64,000 bases of DNA from an uncultured SAR86 cluster bacterium (GTDB lineage Bacteria; Pseudomonadota; Gammaproteobacteria; Magnimaribacterales; D2472). Positions within the stretch are counted from its first letter, which is position 1, and each line of letters begins with the position of its first letter. Below the pieces are notes generated by a model, which saw only the letters and a list, made by a program, of their open reading frames with translations, did no database searches and had not been told where the DNA came from. Below are positions 46,142 through 55,695 of this stretch, in pieces. Both the position numbers and the translations under genes were made by a program. The stretch is from positions 129,821 to 193,820 of the forward strand of contig CABYHU010000002.1 of NCBI GenBank assembly GCA_902518715.1, in the 5' to 3' direction.

Positions 46142-47100
46142 TTTTCTTCTAACCTTTTATCGTATGCATCTACTATTTTCTTTACTAAAGGATGTCGAAC
46201 TACATCTTTTGAGTTAAATCTCGTAAAACCTATTCCATCTGTTCCATCCAGGAGGTCAACAGCATCTTTAAGCCCAGAATATATACTCTTTGGAAGATCT
46301 ATTTGTGTTAGATCGCCATTAATGACTGCATAAGAGCCAAAACCCATTCTGGTAAGAAACATTTTCATTTGTTCTGTAGTTGTATTCTGGCTTTCATCCA
46401 TAATGATAAAAGAGTTATTAAGAGTCCTCCCTCGCATGTATGCAAGAGGTGCTATCTCTATAATCTCTCTATTCATTAACCTCTCTGATTTTTCAAAACC
46501 TATCATTTGATACATTGCATCATAAAGAGGTCTTAGATATGGATCTACTTTTTGAGAAAGGTCACCCGGTAAAAATCCTAACTTCTCGCCTGCTTCAACT
46601 GCTGGCCTAATTAACACAATCTTTTCAACTTTCTTATCAAGAAGAAACTCAATAGCTAATGCCATGGCAAGAAAAGTCTTTCCTGTTCCTGCAGGCCCAA
46701 TTCCAAAATTAATTTCATTATGTTTAATGCTTTGAATGTATTTTGATTGATTAATTGATCTTGGTTTAATAGTTTTCTTTGGAGTCTTAATTATTATGTC
46801 TTCATAGTCTTGACTAGAGGAATCCTCCTTTACTTCTTGTATACAAAGGTGAAGAGTCTCTTTAGTTATTTCAACTCCCTTACCAGCAGCTTCATAAAGC
46901 TTCTTAAGCGCATCTGATGCTAATTTAACATCTTCATCTTGCCCAGTTATCTTCAGTTTATTTCCGTTCTGGAAAACTTTAACTTTAAAAGACTTCTCAA
47001 TAAACTTTATGTTCCCATTTAGCTCACCAACAAATCTTACCAAGACATTTGCATCTGGTGGAGAAAGAATAAGATTTTTCGGGCTCTCTTTATCAGGCAT
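46138..47100 (-). CDS. ybeZ: PhoH-like ATPase
   Basis: Walker A GPAGTGKTFLA, a PhoH-family C-terminal block and an N-terminal KH-like extension. Synteny. Confidence 0.92.
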   Translation of the reverse strand: MPDKESPKNLILSPPDANVLVRFVGELNGNIKFIEKSFKVKVFQNGNKLKITGQDEDVKLASDALKKLYEAAGKGVEITKETLHLCIQEVKEDSSSQDYEDIIIKTPKKTIKPRSINQSKYIQSIKHNEINFGIGPAGTGKTFLAMALAIEFLLDKKVEKIVLIRPAVEAGEKLGFLPGDLSQKVDPYLRPLYDAMYQMIGFEKSERLMNREIIEIAPLAYMRGRTLNNSFIIMDESQNTTTEQMKMFLTRMGFGSYAVINGDLTQIDLPKSIYSGLKDAVDLLDGTDGIGFTRFNSKDVVRHPLVKKIVDAYDKRLEEN

Positions 47101-48425
47101 TAATTATGAAGAGTCCCTCTAAGGCAGTGTGGTAAAGCATCTATAATTTGAATATTAATTAATTGTCCAATTAAATCAACATTATTTGCAGAAAAATTTA
47201 CAACCCGGTTACATATCGTCCTTGCTTGGAGCTGTCCAGGATCTCTTTTTGATTGACCCATTACAAGACAATTTTGGATTGATCCAACCTTTTTTCTGCT
47301 ATAGCCAAATGACAGCTGGCTGAGTCTTGTCTGTAGAATTGAAAGACGTTCTTTTTTTTCTTCTCTAGAAACATCATCTGGCATATCTGCAGCAGTGGTA
47401 TTCGGTCTAGGACTGTAGATAAAACTAAAAGATTCATCAAATTGGACTTCATTAATAACATCCATAGTATCTTTGAAGTCTTCCTTTGTTTCACCTGGGA
47501 AGCCAACAATAAAATCAGATGAGAAGCTCATTTCAGGTCTTACAGATTTAATGCGACTAATTAGATCCATGTATTTATCAACATTGTATCTTCTTCTCAT
47601 TAATTTTAAGATTCTATCTGATCCGCTCTGGATTGGTAAATGAACATGACTAACTAACTCAGGAACCTTGTCATAGACCTCAACTAAGTCTTCTTTAAAT
47701 TCATGTGGATGGCTTGTGGTAAATCTTATCCTTTCAATATTCTCAATTTTAGCTGCTTCTTCTATTAACTTTGCAAGTGAGGATTTCTCCCCATTGTGCA
47801 TACCTTTAAAATTATTAACATTTTGTCCTAGGAAATGAATCTCTCTGGCTCCTTGGTCTGCAAGTTTGGAAACCTCATTTAAAATATCTTTAAAATCTCT
47901 TGAGACTTCGTGCCCTCTTGTCTTTGGTACAACACAAAATGAGCAGTACTTATTGCACCCCTCCATTATTGATACAAAAACTGATGGGCCCTCGGCTTTT
48001 GGAGATGCAAGATGATCAAACTTTTCTAATTTTGGAAATGAGATATCAATCTGATTTTCATTACTCCTCTCTTTTTCATTATAAAGACCGGGAAGTTTAT
48101 GAAGTGTTTGTGGTCCAAAAACTATATCAACTGATGGTGCGCGTTTAATAATTTTCTCCCCTTCCTGAGAGGCTACACAGCCCCCGATAGCAATTTTTAA
48201 ATCAGGATTTTTTTCTTTTATTTTTCTCCATCTCCCAATCTGATGAAAAACTCTTTCTTGAGCTTTTTCTCTTATTGAGCATGTGTTCAAAATTAATAGA
48301 TCAGCCTGTTCTTCAGATTCAGCTAACTCAAAGTCTTCTTTCTCTTGGAGAAGATCAATCATTTTTGCAGAATCATATTCATTCATCTGACAACCATGAG
48401 TTTTAACGAAAAGCTTCTTTTTCAT
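47100..48425 (-). CDS. miaB: tRNA-2-methylthio-N6-dimethylallyladenosine synthase
   Basis: UPF0004 N-terminal Cys triad (HGCQMN ... NTCSIREKA ... GGC), a radical-SAM CNKYCSFC motif and a C-terminal TRAM domain. Confidence 0.95.
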   Translation of the reverse strand: MKKKLFVKTHGCQMNEYDSAKMIDLLQEKEDFELAESEEQADLLILNTCSIREKAQERVFHQIGRWRKIKEKNPDLKIAIGGCVASQEGEKIIKRAPSVDIVFGPQTLHKLPGLYNEKERSNENQIDISFPKLEKFDHLASPKAEGPSVFVSIMEGCNKYCSFCVVPKTRGHEVSRDFKDILNEVSKLADQGAREIHFLGQNVNNFKGMHNGEKSSLAKLIEEAAKIENIERIRFTTSHPHEFKEDLVEVYDKVPELVSHVHLPIQSGSDRILKLMRRRYNVDKYMDLISRIKSVRPEMSFSSDFIVGFPGETKEDFKDTMDVINEVQFDESFSFIYSPRPNTTAADMPDDVSREEKKERLSILQTRLSQLSFGYSRKKVGSIQNCLVMGQSKRDPGQLQARTICNRVVNFSANNVDLIGQLINIQIIDALPHCLRGTLHN

Positions 48426-48492
48426 ATGCTAATTATCTATTATTTCTGACCTCAAGTGTTTTAAAATAACTTTTAAGACATACATAATTTTT

Positions 48493-48819
48493 ATGAAGGA
48501 CAAAAAAATTTATAAGATTATATTTATTCAGCTTGGAGAAATCTATGAAATTTTTGCAAAACAGATTTTTCAAAGCGATATGTACGGCTTCCTGGAGGTC
48601 GAAGAGTTCATATTTACCAATGATGATCAGCTTGTCGTTGATCCTAGTTCAGAAAAACTTAAAACAGAATTTAATAAGGTTAAAAGAAGCTATATTCCAA
48701 TTGGAGCTATTCAAAGGATTGATGAAGTGATTGAGTCAGGAGAAGCTAAAATTAAGAAAACGTCCAGCCAGGTCAGTCCTTTTCCTCTCAACATTCAGCC
48801 CGCAAAAAAAACTGACTAA
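48493..48819 (+). CDS. DUF1820-family small protein
   Basis: IYKIIF ... GEIYEIFAK ... GFLEVEEFIF resembles the conserved small protein found next to miaB in other gammaproteobacteria. This is from recollection and was not searched. Confidence 0.55.
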   Translation: MKDKKIYKIIFIQLGEIYEIFAKQIFQSDMYGFLEVEEFIFTNDDQLVVDPSSEKLKTEFNKVKRSYIPIGAIQRIDEVIESGEAKIKKTSSQVSPFPLNIQPAKKTD

Positions 48820-48824
48820 AATTC

Positions 48825-49373
48825 TTACTCTTCAAAAAGAAGTTTCTTGTAGTGCTTTAATTCGTTGATTGAGTCCTTAATATCATCTAAGGCTCTATGG
48901 TTACTGTTTTTCTGATATGACTGCGCCTGATTCATCCATCTAACAATTAATTCTTTTACCGAAGAAACATCTATATGCCTATAGTGAAAGTAGTTCTCTA
49001 GCTCGGGCATATATTTGCTAAGAAATCTTCTGTCATGAGAAACAGTATTTCCGCACATTGGAGATTTTCCTGCTGGCACATATTTTGAGATAAAATCTAA
49101 AGTCTCTAGCTCAGCTTCCTTGTCGCTAATTATGCTTGTTTTAACTGCATCTATGAGACCGGATGAAGTATGTTGGTTTACATTCCATTCATCCATATTA
49201 TCAAGCAACTCATTATTTTGATGAATAGCTATATTAGGGCCTTCGGCAATAATATTTAAATCTGAGTCAGTTATTATCGTAGCTATTTCAATTATCTTTT
49301 CTTGCTCAGGATCTAGGCCTGTCATTTCAAGGTCAACCCATATTAAGTTATTATCGGATTTATTAGCTTTCAT
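48825..49373 (-). CDS. orn: Oligoribonuclease
   Basis: DEDDh exonuclease motifs ([21 protein letters not shown]). 182 aa. Divergent from rsgA, as in E. coli. Confidence 0.95.
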   Translation of the reverse strand: MKANKSDNNLIWVDLEMTGLDPEQEKIIEIATIITDSDLNIIAEGPNIAIHQNNELLDNMDEWNVNQHTSSGLIDAVKTSIISDKEAELETLDFISKYVPAGKSPMCGNTVSHDRRFLSKYMPELENYFHYRHIDVSSVKELIVRWMNQAQSYQKNSNHRALDDIKDSINELKHYKKLLFEE

Positions 49374-49413
49374 TTTTTGTAAAACTCTCTTAATAGTGTA
49401 TTTTGTGCTCTAT

Positions 49414-50277
49414 ATGGAAAAAGTTCAAATTGGAAGAGTGGTTGAGTTTTACTCAAACTCATGCCTTGTAGAGATAAGAGAATTTAAAATCCCCTGCAAG
49501 ACACCCAAAGATCAAGATATTGTCGTTGGTGATTTCGTTGAAATAGTTCCTCTCCAAGATAGCTTAGAAGTAAAAGGAAAGATCTTAAATAAAGTTCAAA
49601 GAAAAACATCACTGAAAAGATTTCATAGAGGTAAAAAGAAAGTTTTTGCAGCTAATGTTACAAATATTGCTATCTTGTTATCACCTGTACCACTTACTCC
49701 AAAAATATTTATTGATAAGTGGTTGGTTCTCTCTGCTGCTGCAGGAATAGATCCATTAATAGTTGTAAACAAAATAGATTTAACTAGCGACGAGGAATTT
49801 ATAGAAGCTTGCAATATTTATCAGAGTCTTGGGATTAAGATGTTTAAAGTTTCAGGCAAATCAGGAGAAGGGTTATCTGATATTGGAAGATTTCTTGAAA
49901 ATAAAACTACTATTTTTGTTGGAAAATCTGGCTCAGGCAAATCAACGATCTCATCAAAGTTGCTTGGTATTAATTTAAAAACTAAGGAACTTAATAAGTC
50001 TAAGGGTGTTCATACCACGTCAGTATCTTCCTTATATGTTAAAGATAAAATTGAAATCATAGATTCTCCTGGTGTCAGAGACATAGAGATTGAGAAATTT
50101 AGTCCAGATGAAGTCTTAAAAGGTTTTTTTGAAATTAGAGAAGCTGCATTGTCTTGTAAGTTCAAAAATTGTAATCATATAAATGATATTGGCTGCAACA
50201 TTATTGATCAAGTATCAAAAGGCAATATTGCAGAAAGCAGATACAATAATTATATAAGTTTTACAAATAATGAATAA
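49414..50277 (+). CDS. rsgA: Small ribosomal subunit biogenesis GTPase RsgA
   Basis: OB-fold N-terminus, a circularly permuted GTPase (NKIDL ... GKSGSGKST) and a C-terminal zinc knuckle CKFKNCNH...GC. The ATG at 49414 is preferred to the GTG at 49396. Confidence 0.9.
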   Translation: MEKVQIGRVVEFYSNSCLVEIREFKIPCKTPKDQDIVVGDFVEIVPLQDSLEVKGKILNKVQRKTSLKRFHRGKKKVFAANVTNIAILLSPVPLTPKIFIDKWLVLSAAAGIDPLIVVNKIDLTSDEEFIEACNIYQSLGIKMFKVSGKSGEGLSDIGRFLENKTTIFVGKSGSGKSTISSKLLGINLKTKELNKSKGVHTTSVSSLYVKDKIEIIDSPGVRDIEIEKFSPDEVLKGFFEIREAALSCKFKNCNHINDIGCNIIDQVSKGNIAESRYNNYISFTNNE

Positions 50278-51010
50278 AGACACCCACTTCGGTTTTGAAA
50301 AGGTCTCTAAGGAAGAAAAACAAGAAAAAGTAAACTCGGTTTTCACTTCCGTTGCAGAAAATTATGATCTTATGAATGATGTCATGTCATTTAGACTTCA
50401 TAGATTTTGGAAAAAAATAATGATTGAACTTGCAGGAGTTAAGCCTGATAGTAAAGTTCTTGATCTTGCGGGAGGAACTGGTGATATTGCAAAAGAAATT
50501 CATCTTAACTTCCCAGATGCAGAAATCACAGTAGCTGATATAAATGCAGAGATGCTGGTTTATGGAAAGAAGAGATCGGTTGATGAAAACTTTTTCAAAA
50601 ATACTTCCTTTTGTCAGTTAAACGGTGAACTACTCCCTTTTGGTGATGAATATTTTGACACTACAACTATTGCCTTTGGATTAAGAAACTTTACTGATAA
50701 AGAAAAGGGTTTATCAGAAATGCATAGATGTCTTGCCAATAACGGAAAGTTAATAATCCTAGAGTTCTCTAAGCCTCAGAATGCTACCTTCAGTAAAATA
50801 TATGATTGGTATTCTTTCAATGTAATGCCAGTTATGGGAAGCATATTTGCTAGTGATTCTGATAGTTATAGATATCTAGCTGAATCAATTAGAATGCATC
50901 CTGATCAGGAAAGATTAAAAGAAAAAATACTTAAAGCTGGTTTTAAAGATTGTAAATTTTATAACTTGCTTAATGGAATAGTTGCCATTCATGTTGCAGA
51001 AAAGAATTAA
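50270..51010 (+). CDS. ubiE: Ubiquinone/menaquinone biosynthesis C-methyltransferase
   Basis: The start FGFEKV ... KVNSVFTSVAENYDLMND and the SAM motif LDLAGGTGD. Confidence 0.93.
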   Translation: MNKDTHFGFEKVSKEEKQEKVNSVFTSVAENYDLMNDVMSFRLHRFWKKIMIELAGVKPDSKVLDLAGGTGDIAKEIHLNFPDAEITVADINAEMLVYGKKRSVDENFFKNTSFCQLNGELLPFGDEYFDTTTIAFGLRNFTDKEKGLSEMHRCLANNGKLIILEFSKPQNATFSKIYDWYSFNVMPVMGSIFASDSDSYRYLAESIRMHPDQERLKEKILKAGFKDCKFYNLLNGIVAIHVAEKN

Positions 51011-52507
51011 ATGACTATCATCAATCTTTTTTTAGGAGGGCTGAAGATAATTTCAAGAGTCCTATGGTTCAACTTAATTTTTTTAGATAAAGACTCAGAA
51101 AAATTTGGTCGCAAACTCAGACTAAGCCTTGAATCAATGGGTCCTATGTTCATAAAGTTTGGTCAACTTTTATCTACCAGAACGGATCTTTTATCTATTA
51201 ATGTAGCCAAAGAGCTTCAAAAATTAACTGATCAATGTAAGCCTTTTAGTAGCGACAAGTCGAGAAAGATCATCGAATCTGAGCTTGGTGGCCCAATTGA
51301 GGATTTCTTTCAAGATTTTGATGAGTCTCCTTTTGCGGCTGCTTCTCTTGCTCAAGTTCATAAGGCAACGCTTAAAGATAATTCAAAGAAGGTAGTTATA
51401 AAAATATTGAGGCCAGGTATAAGACGAGAAGTGGAAAGAAATGTGAGTCTCTTAAAGTCTTTTGCCTCTATCTTTTCAATAACTTTTAAAGATTCAGAAA
51501 GGCTTAAGCCGCTTGAAGTTGTGAGAGATTATGAGAAGACTATTATTAAAGAGCTGGACTTAAAATTAGAGGCTTCAAACACAAACCTTACTCGAAAAAA
51601 CTTTAGTGGTTCAAAAATACTATATATTCCTGAGGTTTATTGGGATTTGTCTACCTCTAAGATGCTTGTTTTAGAGGAAATTGAAGGAATTCCTTGTACT
51701 GATATAGATAAAATTGATGCAGAAGGGGTAGATAAGAAGAAATTGGCTGAAAATGGTGTCCAAATCTTCTTAGATCAGGTCTTCAGAGACAATTTCTTTC
51801 ATGCAGATATGCATCCAGGAAATATATTTGTAGATAAGAGAAATACTGAAAATGCTGGTTATGTAGCAGTAGATTGCGCTATTTGTGGCTCATTAACGAA
51901 TGAAGAAAGGTATACGCTTGCTAGAATGCTTCAAGCTGTTATCAAGGAACAGTATCATTCTCTTGCAAAACTCTTCATAAATGCAGGTTGGGTAGACAAA
52001 AATTCAAATATTGGTGATTTGGAAAATACATTGAGAGCATGTTGTGAGCCAATTCTTGAAAAACCACTATCTGAAATAGAATTTGGCAAACTTTTACTAT
52101 ATTTATTCGAAAGTACTAGGGAGTATGGTTTATCTATACAGCCATCTTTGGTTTTGTTGCAAAAAACCTTAATTCATATCGAAGGAATGGGTAGGCAAAT
52201 TTATCCTGCTTTAGATTTCTGGGGTTTAGCTGAACCGTATTTAGAAAACTGGATAAGTGAACAATTTAATCCTACAAAACTTAAAAACTATATCTTTGAA
52301 AATAAAGAAGAGATCTTGGAAAGTATCAAAGATACGCCGGGAATGTTTTTTGAAATTGTTGATGAAATCAGAAATATTAATATTTCATCAAATAGAAATA
52401 ATGACCTCATGGTTGAGTTAGATAAAAGAATTAAAAAATTGAAAAACATTTCATACTTCTTGATTGGCTTATTAGGTGTAACAATTATTTTCTTGTACTT
52501 AAATTGA
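51011..52507 (+). CDS. ubiB: Ubiquinone biosynthesis regulatory kinase-like protein UbiB
   Basis: ABC1/ADCK motifs PFAAASLAQVH and HADMHPGNIFV. A C-terminal TM helix. Confidence 0.92.
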   Translation: MTIINLFLGGLKIISRVLWFNLIFLDKDSEKFGRKLRLSLESMGPMFIKFGQLLSTRTDLLSINVAKELQKLTDQCKPFSSDKSRKIIESELGGPIEDFFQDFDESPFAAASLAQVHKATLKDNSKKVVIKILRPGIRREVERNVSLLKSFASIFSITFKDSERLKPLEVVRDYEKTIIKELDLKLEASNTNLTRKNFSGSKILYIPEVYWDLSTSKMLVLEEIEGIPCTDIDKIDAEGVDKKKLAENGVQIFLDQVFRDNFFHADMHPGNIFVDKRNTENAGYVAVDCAICGSLTNEERYTLARMLQAVIKEQYHSLAKLFINAGWVDKNSNIGDLENTLRACCEPILEKPLSEIEFGKLLLYLFESTREYGLSIQPSLVLLQKTLIHIEGMGRQIYPALDFWGLAEPYLENWISEQFNPTKLKNYIFENKEEILESIKDTPGMFFEIVDEIRNINISSNRNNDLMVELDKRIKKLKNISYFLIGLLGVTIIFLYLN

Positions 52508-52542
52508 TTTATATTTATTTTCAAAAAGGTTAAGATAAAAGT

Positions 52543-52707
52543 ATGTTTTCAGGTCCATGGGAAATACTTTTAATTCTTGCAATTGCCTTGCTACTTTTTG
52601 GTAGCAAAAAAATCCGAACTTTGGGTTCCGATCTTGGTGCTGGGTTAAAAGGTTTTAAGAAATCCATGAAAGATGATAGTGAAGACGATCAACAAAATAA
52701 TAATTAA
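52543..52707 (+). CDS. tatA: Sec-independent translocase protein TatA (54 aa; below the ORF-track size cut-off)
   Basis: [45 protein letters not shown]... has a TM helix, the FG hinge and an amphipathic helix. An SD-like AAGGT lies upstream. Followed by tatB-tatC. Confidence 0.9.
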   Translation: MFSGPWEILLILAIALLLFGSKKIRTLGSDLGAGLKGFKKSMKDDSEDDQQNNN

Positions 52708-52718
52708 TTAATCGCAAC

Positions 52719-52973
52719 TTGTTTCAAATAGGCTTCCCTGAATTACTAACACTGCTTGTTCTGATGCTCTTGCTTGTAGGGCCAAAAAGATTACCTGAGG
52801 TTACAAAGTTCTTTATTCAAATTTGGTCAAAACTTAGATCCCAATATGAAAAGATTTCTAATGAAATAAATAATGAAATTGGGACAGAAGAAATCAAAAA
52901 AGATATTTTTAATGATATGAAATTACAAGAACTTGAACTAGAGGAAAGTGAGGATAATGATGGAGGAAAATAA
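52719..52973 (+). CDS. tatB: Sec-independent translocase protein TatB
   Basis: MFQIGFPELLTLLVLMLLLVGPKRLP is the canonical TatB N-terminus. TTG start. Confidence 0.88.
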   Translation: MFQIGFPELLTLLVLMLLLVGPKRLPEVTKFFIQIWSKLRSQYEKISNEINNEIGTEEIKKDIFNDMKLQELELEESEDNDGGK

Positions 52974-53664
52974 TCTAATCGGTCACTTATCTGAACTTCG
53001 TAATCGCTTAATCAAGGCTCTAATTTTCTGCTTGGTTTTATTAGTTTTTATGTTCCCATTTGCTGATGATATTTATGTCTTATTCTCAAAACCTCTCATA
53101 GAATCTTTGCCTGAATCTTCTGATTTAATTGCCATTGGTGTAGGGTCACCATTTATTGTTCCAATTAAATTAATATTATCAATAAGTATCCTTATATCAA
53201 TACCTTACATCATTTATCAGATATGGTCATTTGCAAAGCCTGGCCTTCTAGATGGTGAAAAGAAGCTAATGCTTCCTTTTGCAATAAGCTCTTTTATACT
53301 GTTTTATTTAGGAGCTATCTTTGCGTTTTATATTGTTGTTCCAGTCCTGATAAATTTCTTTATAAGCACGGCTCCTGAATCTGTAAAGATAATGACGGAC
53401 ATAAGCCAGTTTTTTAATTTTGCCATCAAAATAATCATTGGTTTTGGTATCGCTTTTCAGGTTCCGGTCTTTACAATTATTTCAGTAAGGCTTGGTATAT
53501 TTACAAAAGAAGCTTTAAGAAAATCTAGGCCGTATTTCATAATCTTATTTTTTATCATTGGCATGTTTCTAACGCCGCCCGATATCTTGTCTCAAGTTTT
53601 TTTAGCGTTGCCTATGTGGATGTTATTTGAGCTCGGTATTCTTATTTCTAAGGATAAAGATTAA
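52960..53664 (+). CDS. tatC: Sec-independent translocase protein TatC
   Basis: HLSELRNRL N-terminal motif and six TM helices. The ATG at 52960 is preferred (GAGGA at 52950-52954, 5-nt spacer). The ORF track starts at GTG 52948. Confidence 0.92.
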   Translation: MEENNLIGHLSELRNRLIKALIFCLVLLVFMFPFADDIYVLFSKPLIESLPESSDLIAIGVGSPFIVPIKLILSISILISIPYIIYQIWSFAKPGLLDGEKKLMLPFAISSFILFYLGAIFAFYIVVPVLINFFISTAPESVKIMTDISQFFNFAIKIIIGFGIAFQVPVFTIISVRLGIFTKEALRKSRPYFIILFFIIGMFLTPPDILSQVFLALPMWMLFELGILISKDKD

Positions 53665-54245
53665 AGACCTAATCTGCCTTTCCAATCATTTGAGGATTCA
53701 CTTTTTTCTTCGAGTATTCTCTCAACCATTTCTTCACAATTGTCAGTAATAATTAATTCATCAAGATTTGCCTGAGTTATAAAACCCTCGTTAACAGCTT
53801 TTTCAAACCATGCAATTAGATGGTCATAATATCCATCTGTATTTAATAACCCAACTGGTTTGTTAATTATGCCTAGCTGGTTGCTTGCTAAAATTTCTGC
53901 TAGCTCATCTAGTGACCCAACTCCTCCTGGCAGAACGAGAAAAGCATCAGATCTTTTCATAAATTCATCCTTTCTTTCTAGTAGTGAATGAGTAACTACT
54001 AAGTCATCAATTCTTGGATTTGTAAGCTCAAGGTTATGAAGAGATTCCATGGTTATGCCGGTGACTTTTGAATTATTATCTTTTGCCTCATCAGAGATAA
54101 TTTTCATAATGCCAACATTGCCTCCACCAAAAACAACATCTACTCCTTTTTTTGAAAGTAGCGCCGTTATCTTTTTTGCCTCCAATGCATAGTTAGGATT
54201 TGTACCTTCATGTGCTCCACAAAAAATTGAAATATTTTTAACCAT
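53661..54245 (-). CDS. LOG-family (TIGR00730-type) nucleotide phosphoribohydrolase
   Basis: PGGVGSLDEL and GGGNVGIM motifs. 194 aa. Confidence 0.85.
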   Translation of the reverse strand: MVKNISIFCGAHEGTNPNYALEAKKITALLSKKGVDVVFGGGNVGIMKIISDEAKDNNSKVTGITMESLHNLELTNPRIDDLVVTHSLLERKDEFMKRSDAFLVLPGGVGSLDELAEILASNQLGIINKPVGLLNTDGYYDHLIAWFEKAVNEGFITQANLDELIITDNCEEMVERILEEKSESSNDWKGRLGL

Positions 54246-54247
54246 TT

Positions 54248-54685
54248 TTACGTCCTAAAATTAAAAGTTATTGGGCCTTTATTTGTTAAAGTTATATTCA
54301 TTATCTCACCAAACTTACCAGTTTGAACATTTAAGGATGAGTCTTTAAAAATCTGAACAAATTGATCATATATTTCTTTTGCTTTGTTTGGTTTGGCTGC
54401 TTTGTGAAAGCTTGGTTTGTTGCCTTTATTCGTAATTGCAGCAAGGGTAAATTGACTTATTATCATCACATCTTCTTCTAACTCCCTTAAACTTGCAGAC
54501 ATTGTGCCTCTATCTCCCTCTAAAATGCAAAAATTTAATATTTTATCTGACATTTTTATCGCTTGCTTAGAGTCATCGTCTCTTTCAACACACAAAAGTA
54601 TTAATACTCCATCTCCAATTTCAGAATAGATGCTGTTGTTTATCTCAACTTTTGCTTCTGAAACTCTTTGAACGGTAGCAATCAC
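54248..54685 (-). CDS. dtd: D-aminoacyl-tRNA deacylase
   Basis: SQFTLAA and NKGPITF motifs. 145 aa. Confidence 0.93.
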   Translation of the reverse strand: MIATVQRVSEAKVEINNSIYSEIGDGVLILLCVERDDDSKQAIKMSDKILNFCILEGDRGTMSASLRELEEDVMIISQFTLAAITNKGNKPSFHKAAKPNKAKEIYDQFVQIFKDSSLNVQTGKFGEIMNITLTNKGPITFNFRT

Positions 54686-54688
54686 TCG

Positions 54689-55693
54689 TTATCTATCTTC
54701 AAGTTTGATATCCCATTGTCCAAGTGCTGCTAGTTTATTCATTTCAGCCCTGTGAGATAACTCATCTTGAGCTATGAAGATATTTTCGCTTTGCCCTGAC
54801 CAGGCTTTCAGAGCACTTTGCTGAAGGGCTCGCCCATATGAGAAGCTAAGTTTCCATGGAAACTCACCTATTTTGTTCATTTCATTTAAATGAGCTGTCG
54901 CCTCAAGCTCTGTTTGCCCTCCTGATAAAAAAGCAACTCCGGGAAGATCTGAAGGAATATTCTCTTTAAGACACCTTACTGTCATTTCAGCCACTTCTCT
55001 GATTGCTACTTTTTCAGATAGCGAGCCTGGAGTAACCATGCTTGGTTTTAATATGGTCCCTTTTATGTTTACACCATTATTTTCTAGAGCATCAAAAAGA
55101 GCTCGAAAAGATCTTGCGCAAGCATCAAAAGAAAGATCAATTGAATGGTCACCATCCATTAAAACTTCAGGTTCAACTATTGGCACCATGTTATTAGATT
55201 GCGCAATTGCAGCATAATCTGCTAATGCTTTAGCGTTTGCATTAATACAATTATCAGATGGCATGCTATCTCCGATTTTTATTACTGCACGCCACTTTGT
55301 AAATTTTGCTCCTAAAGAATCATATTCGGAACATCTTTCATCGAGCCCATCCAATCCTTGAGTCACTACTTCATCTGATCCATCAACCAGAGGTACTAAG
55401 CCTTTATCAACCTTAATGCCGGGAAGGGCACCCGAATTACTGATTAATTCTTTAAGGGGAGTGCCATCTTTGGCATCCTGCCTCAGAGTTTCATCAAATA
55501 AAATTACTCCGCCAATATTACCTTTCATACCTTTTGATCTAAAAAGCATCTCTCTATAATCTCTTCTATTGTTCTCAGAATTTTCTACTTCAATAGAATC
55601 AAATCTTTTGCCGCATGTTGGATTACTTTCATCTGCGGCAAGAATTCCTTTACCGTCTGAAACTATATAATTTGCAATTTCTTCTAATGACAT
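54689..55693 (-). CDS. fba: Fructose-bisphosphate aldolase, class I (eukaryotic-type)
   Basis: GILAADES near the N-terminus and the Schiff-base lysine context ILKPSMV. 334 aa. Confidence 0.9.
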   Translation of the reverse strand: MSLEEIANYIVSDGKGILAADESNPTCGKRFDSIEVENSENNRRDYREMLFRSKGMKGNIGGVILFDETLRQDAKDGTPLKELISNSGALPGIKVDKGLVPLVDGSDEVVTQGLDGLDERCSEYDSLGAKFTKWRAVIKIGDSMPSDNCINANAKALADYAAIAQSNNMVPIVEPEVLMDGDHSIDLSFDACARSFRALFDALENNGVNIKGTILKPSMVTPGSLSEKVAIREVAEMTVRCLKENIPSDLPGVAFLSGGQTELEATAHLNEMNKIGEFPWKLSFSYGRALQQSALKAWSGQSENIFIAQDELSHRAEMNKLAALGQWDIKLEDR

Positions 55694-55695
55694 TT

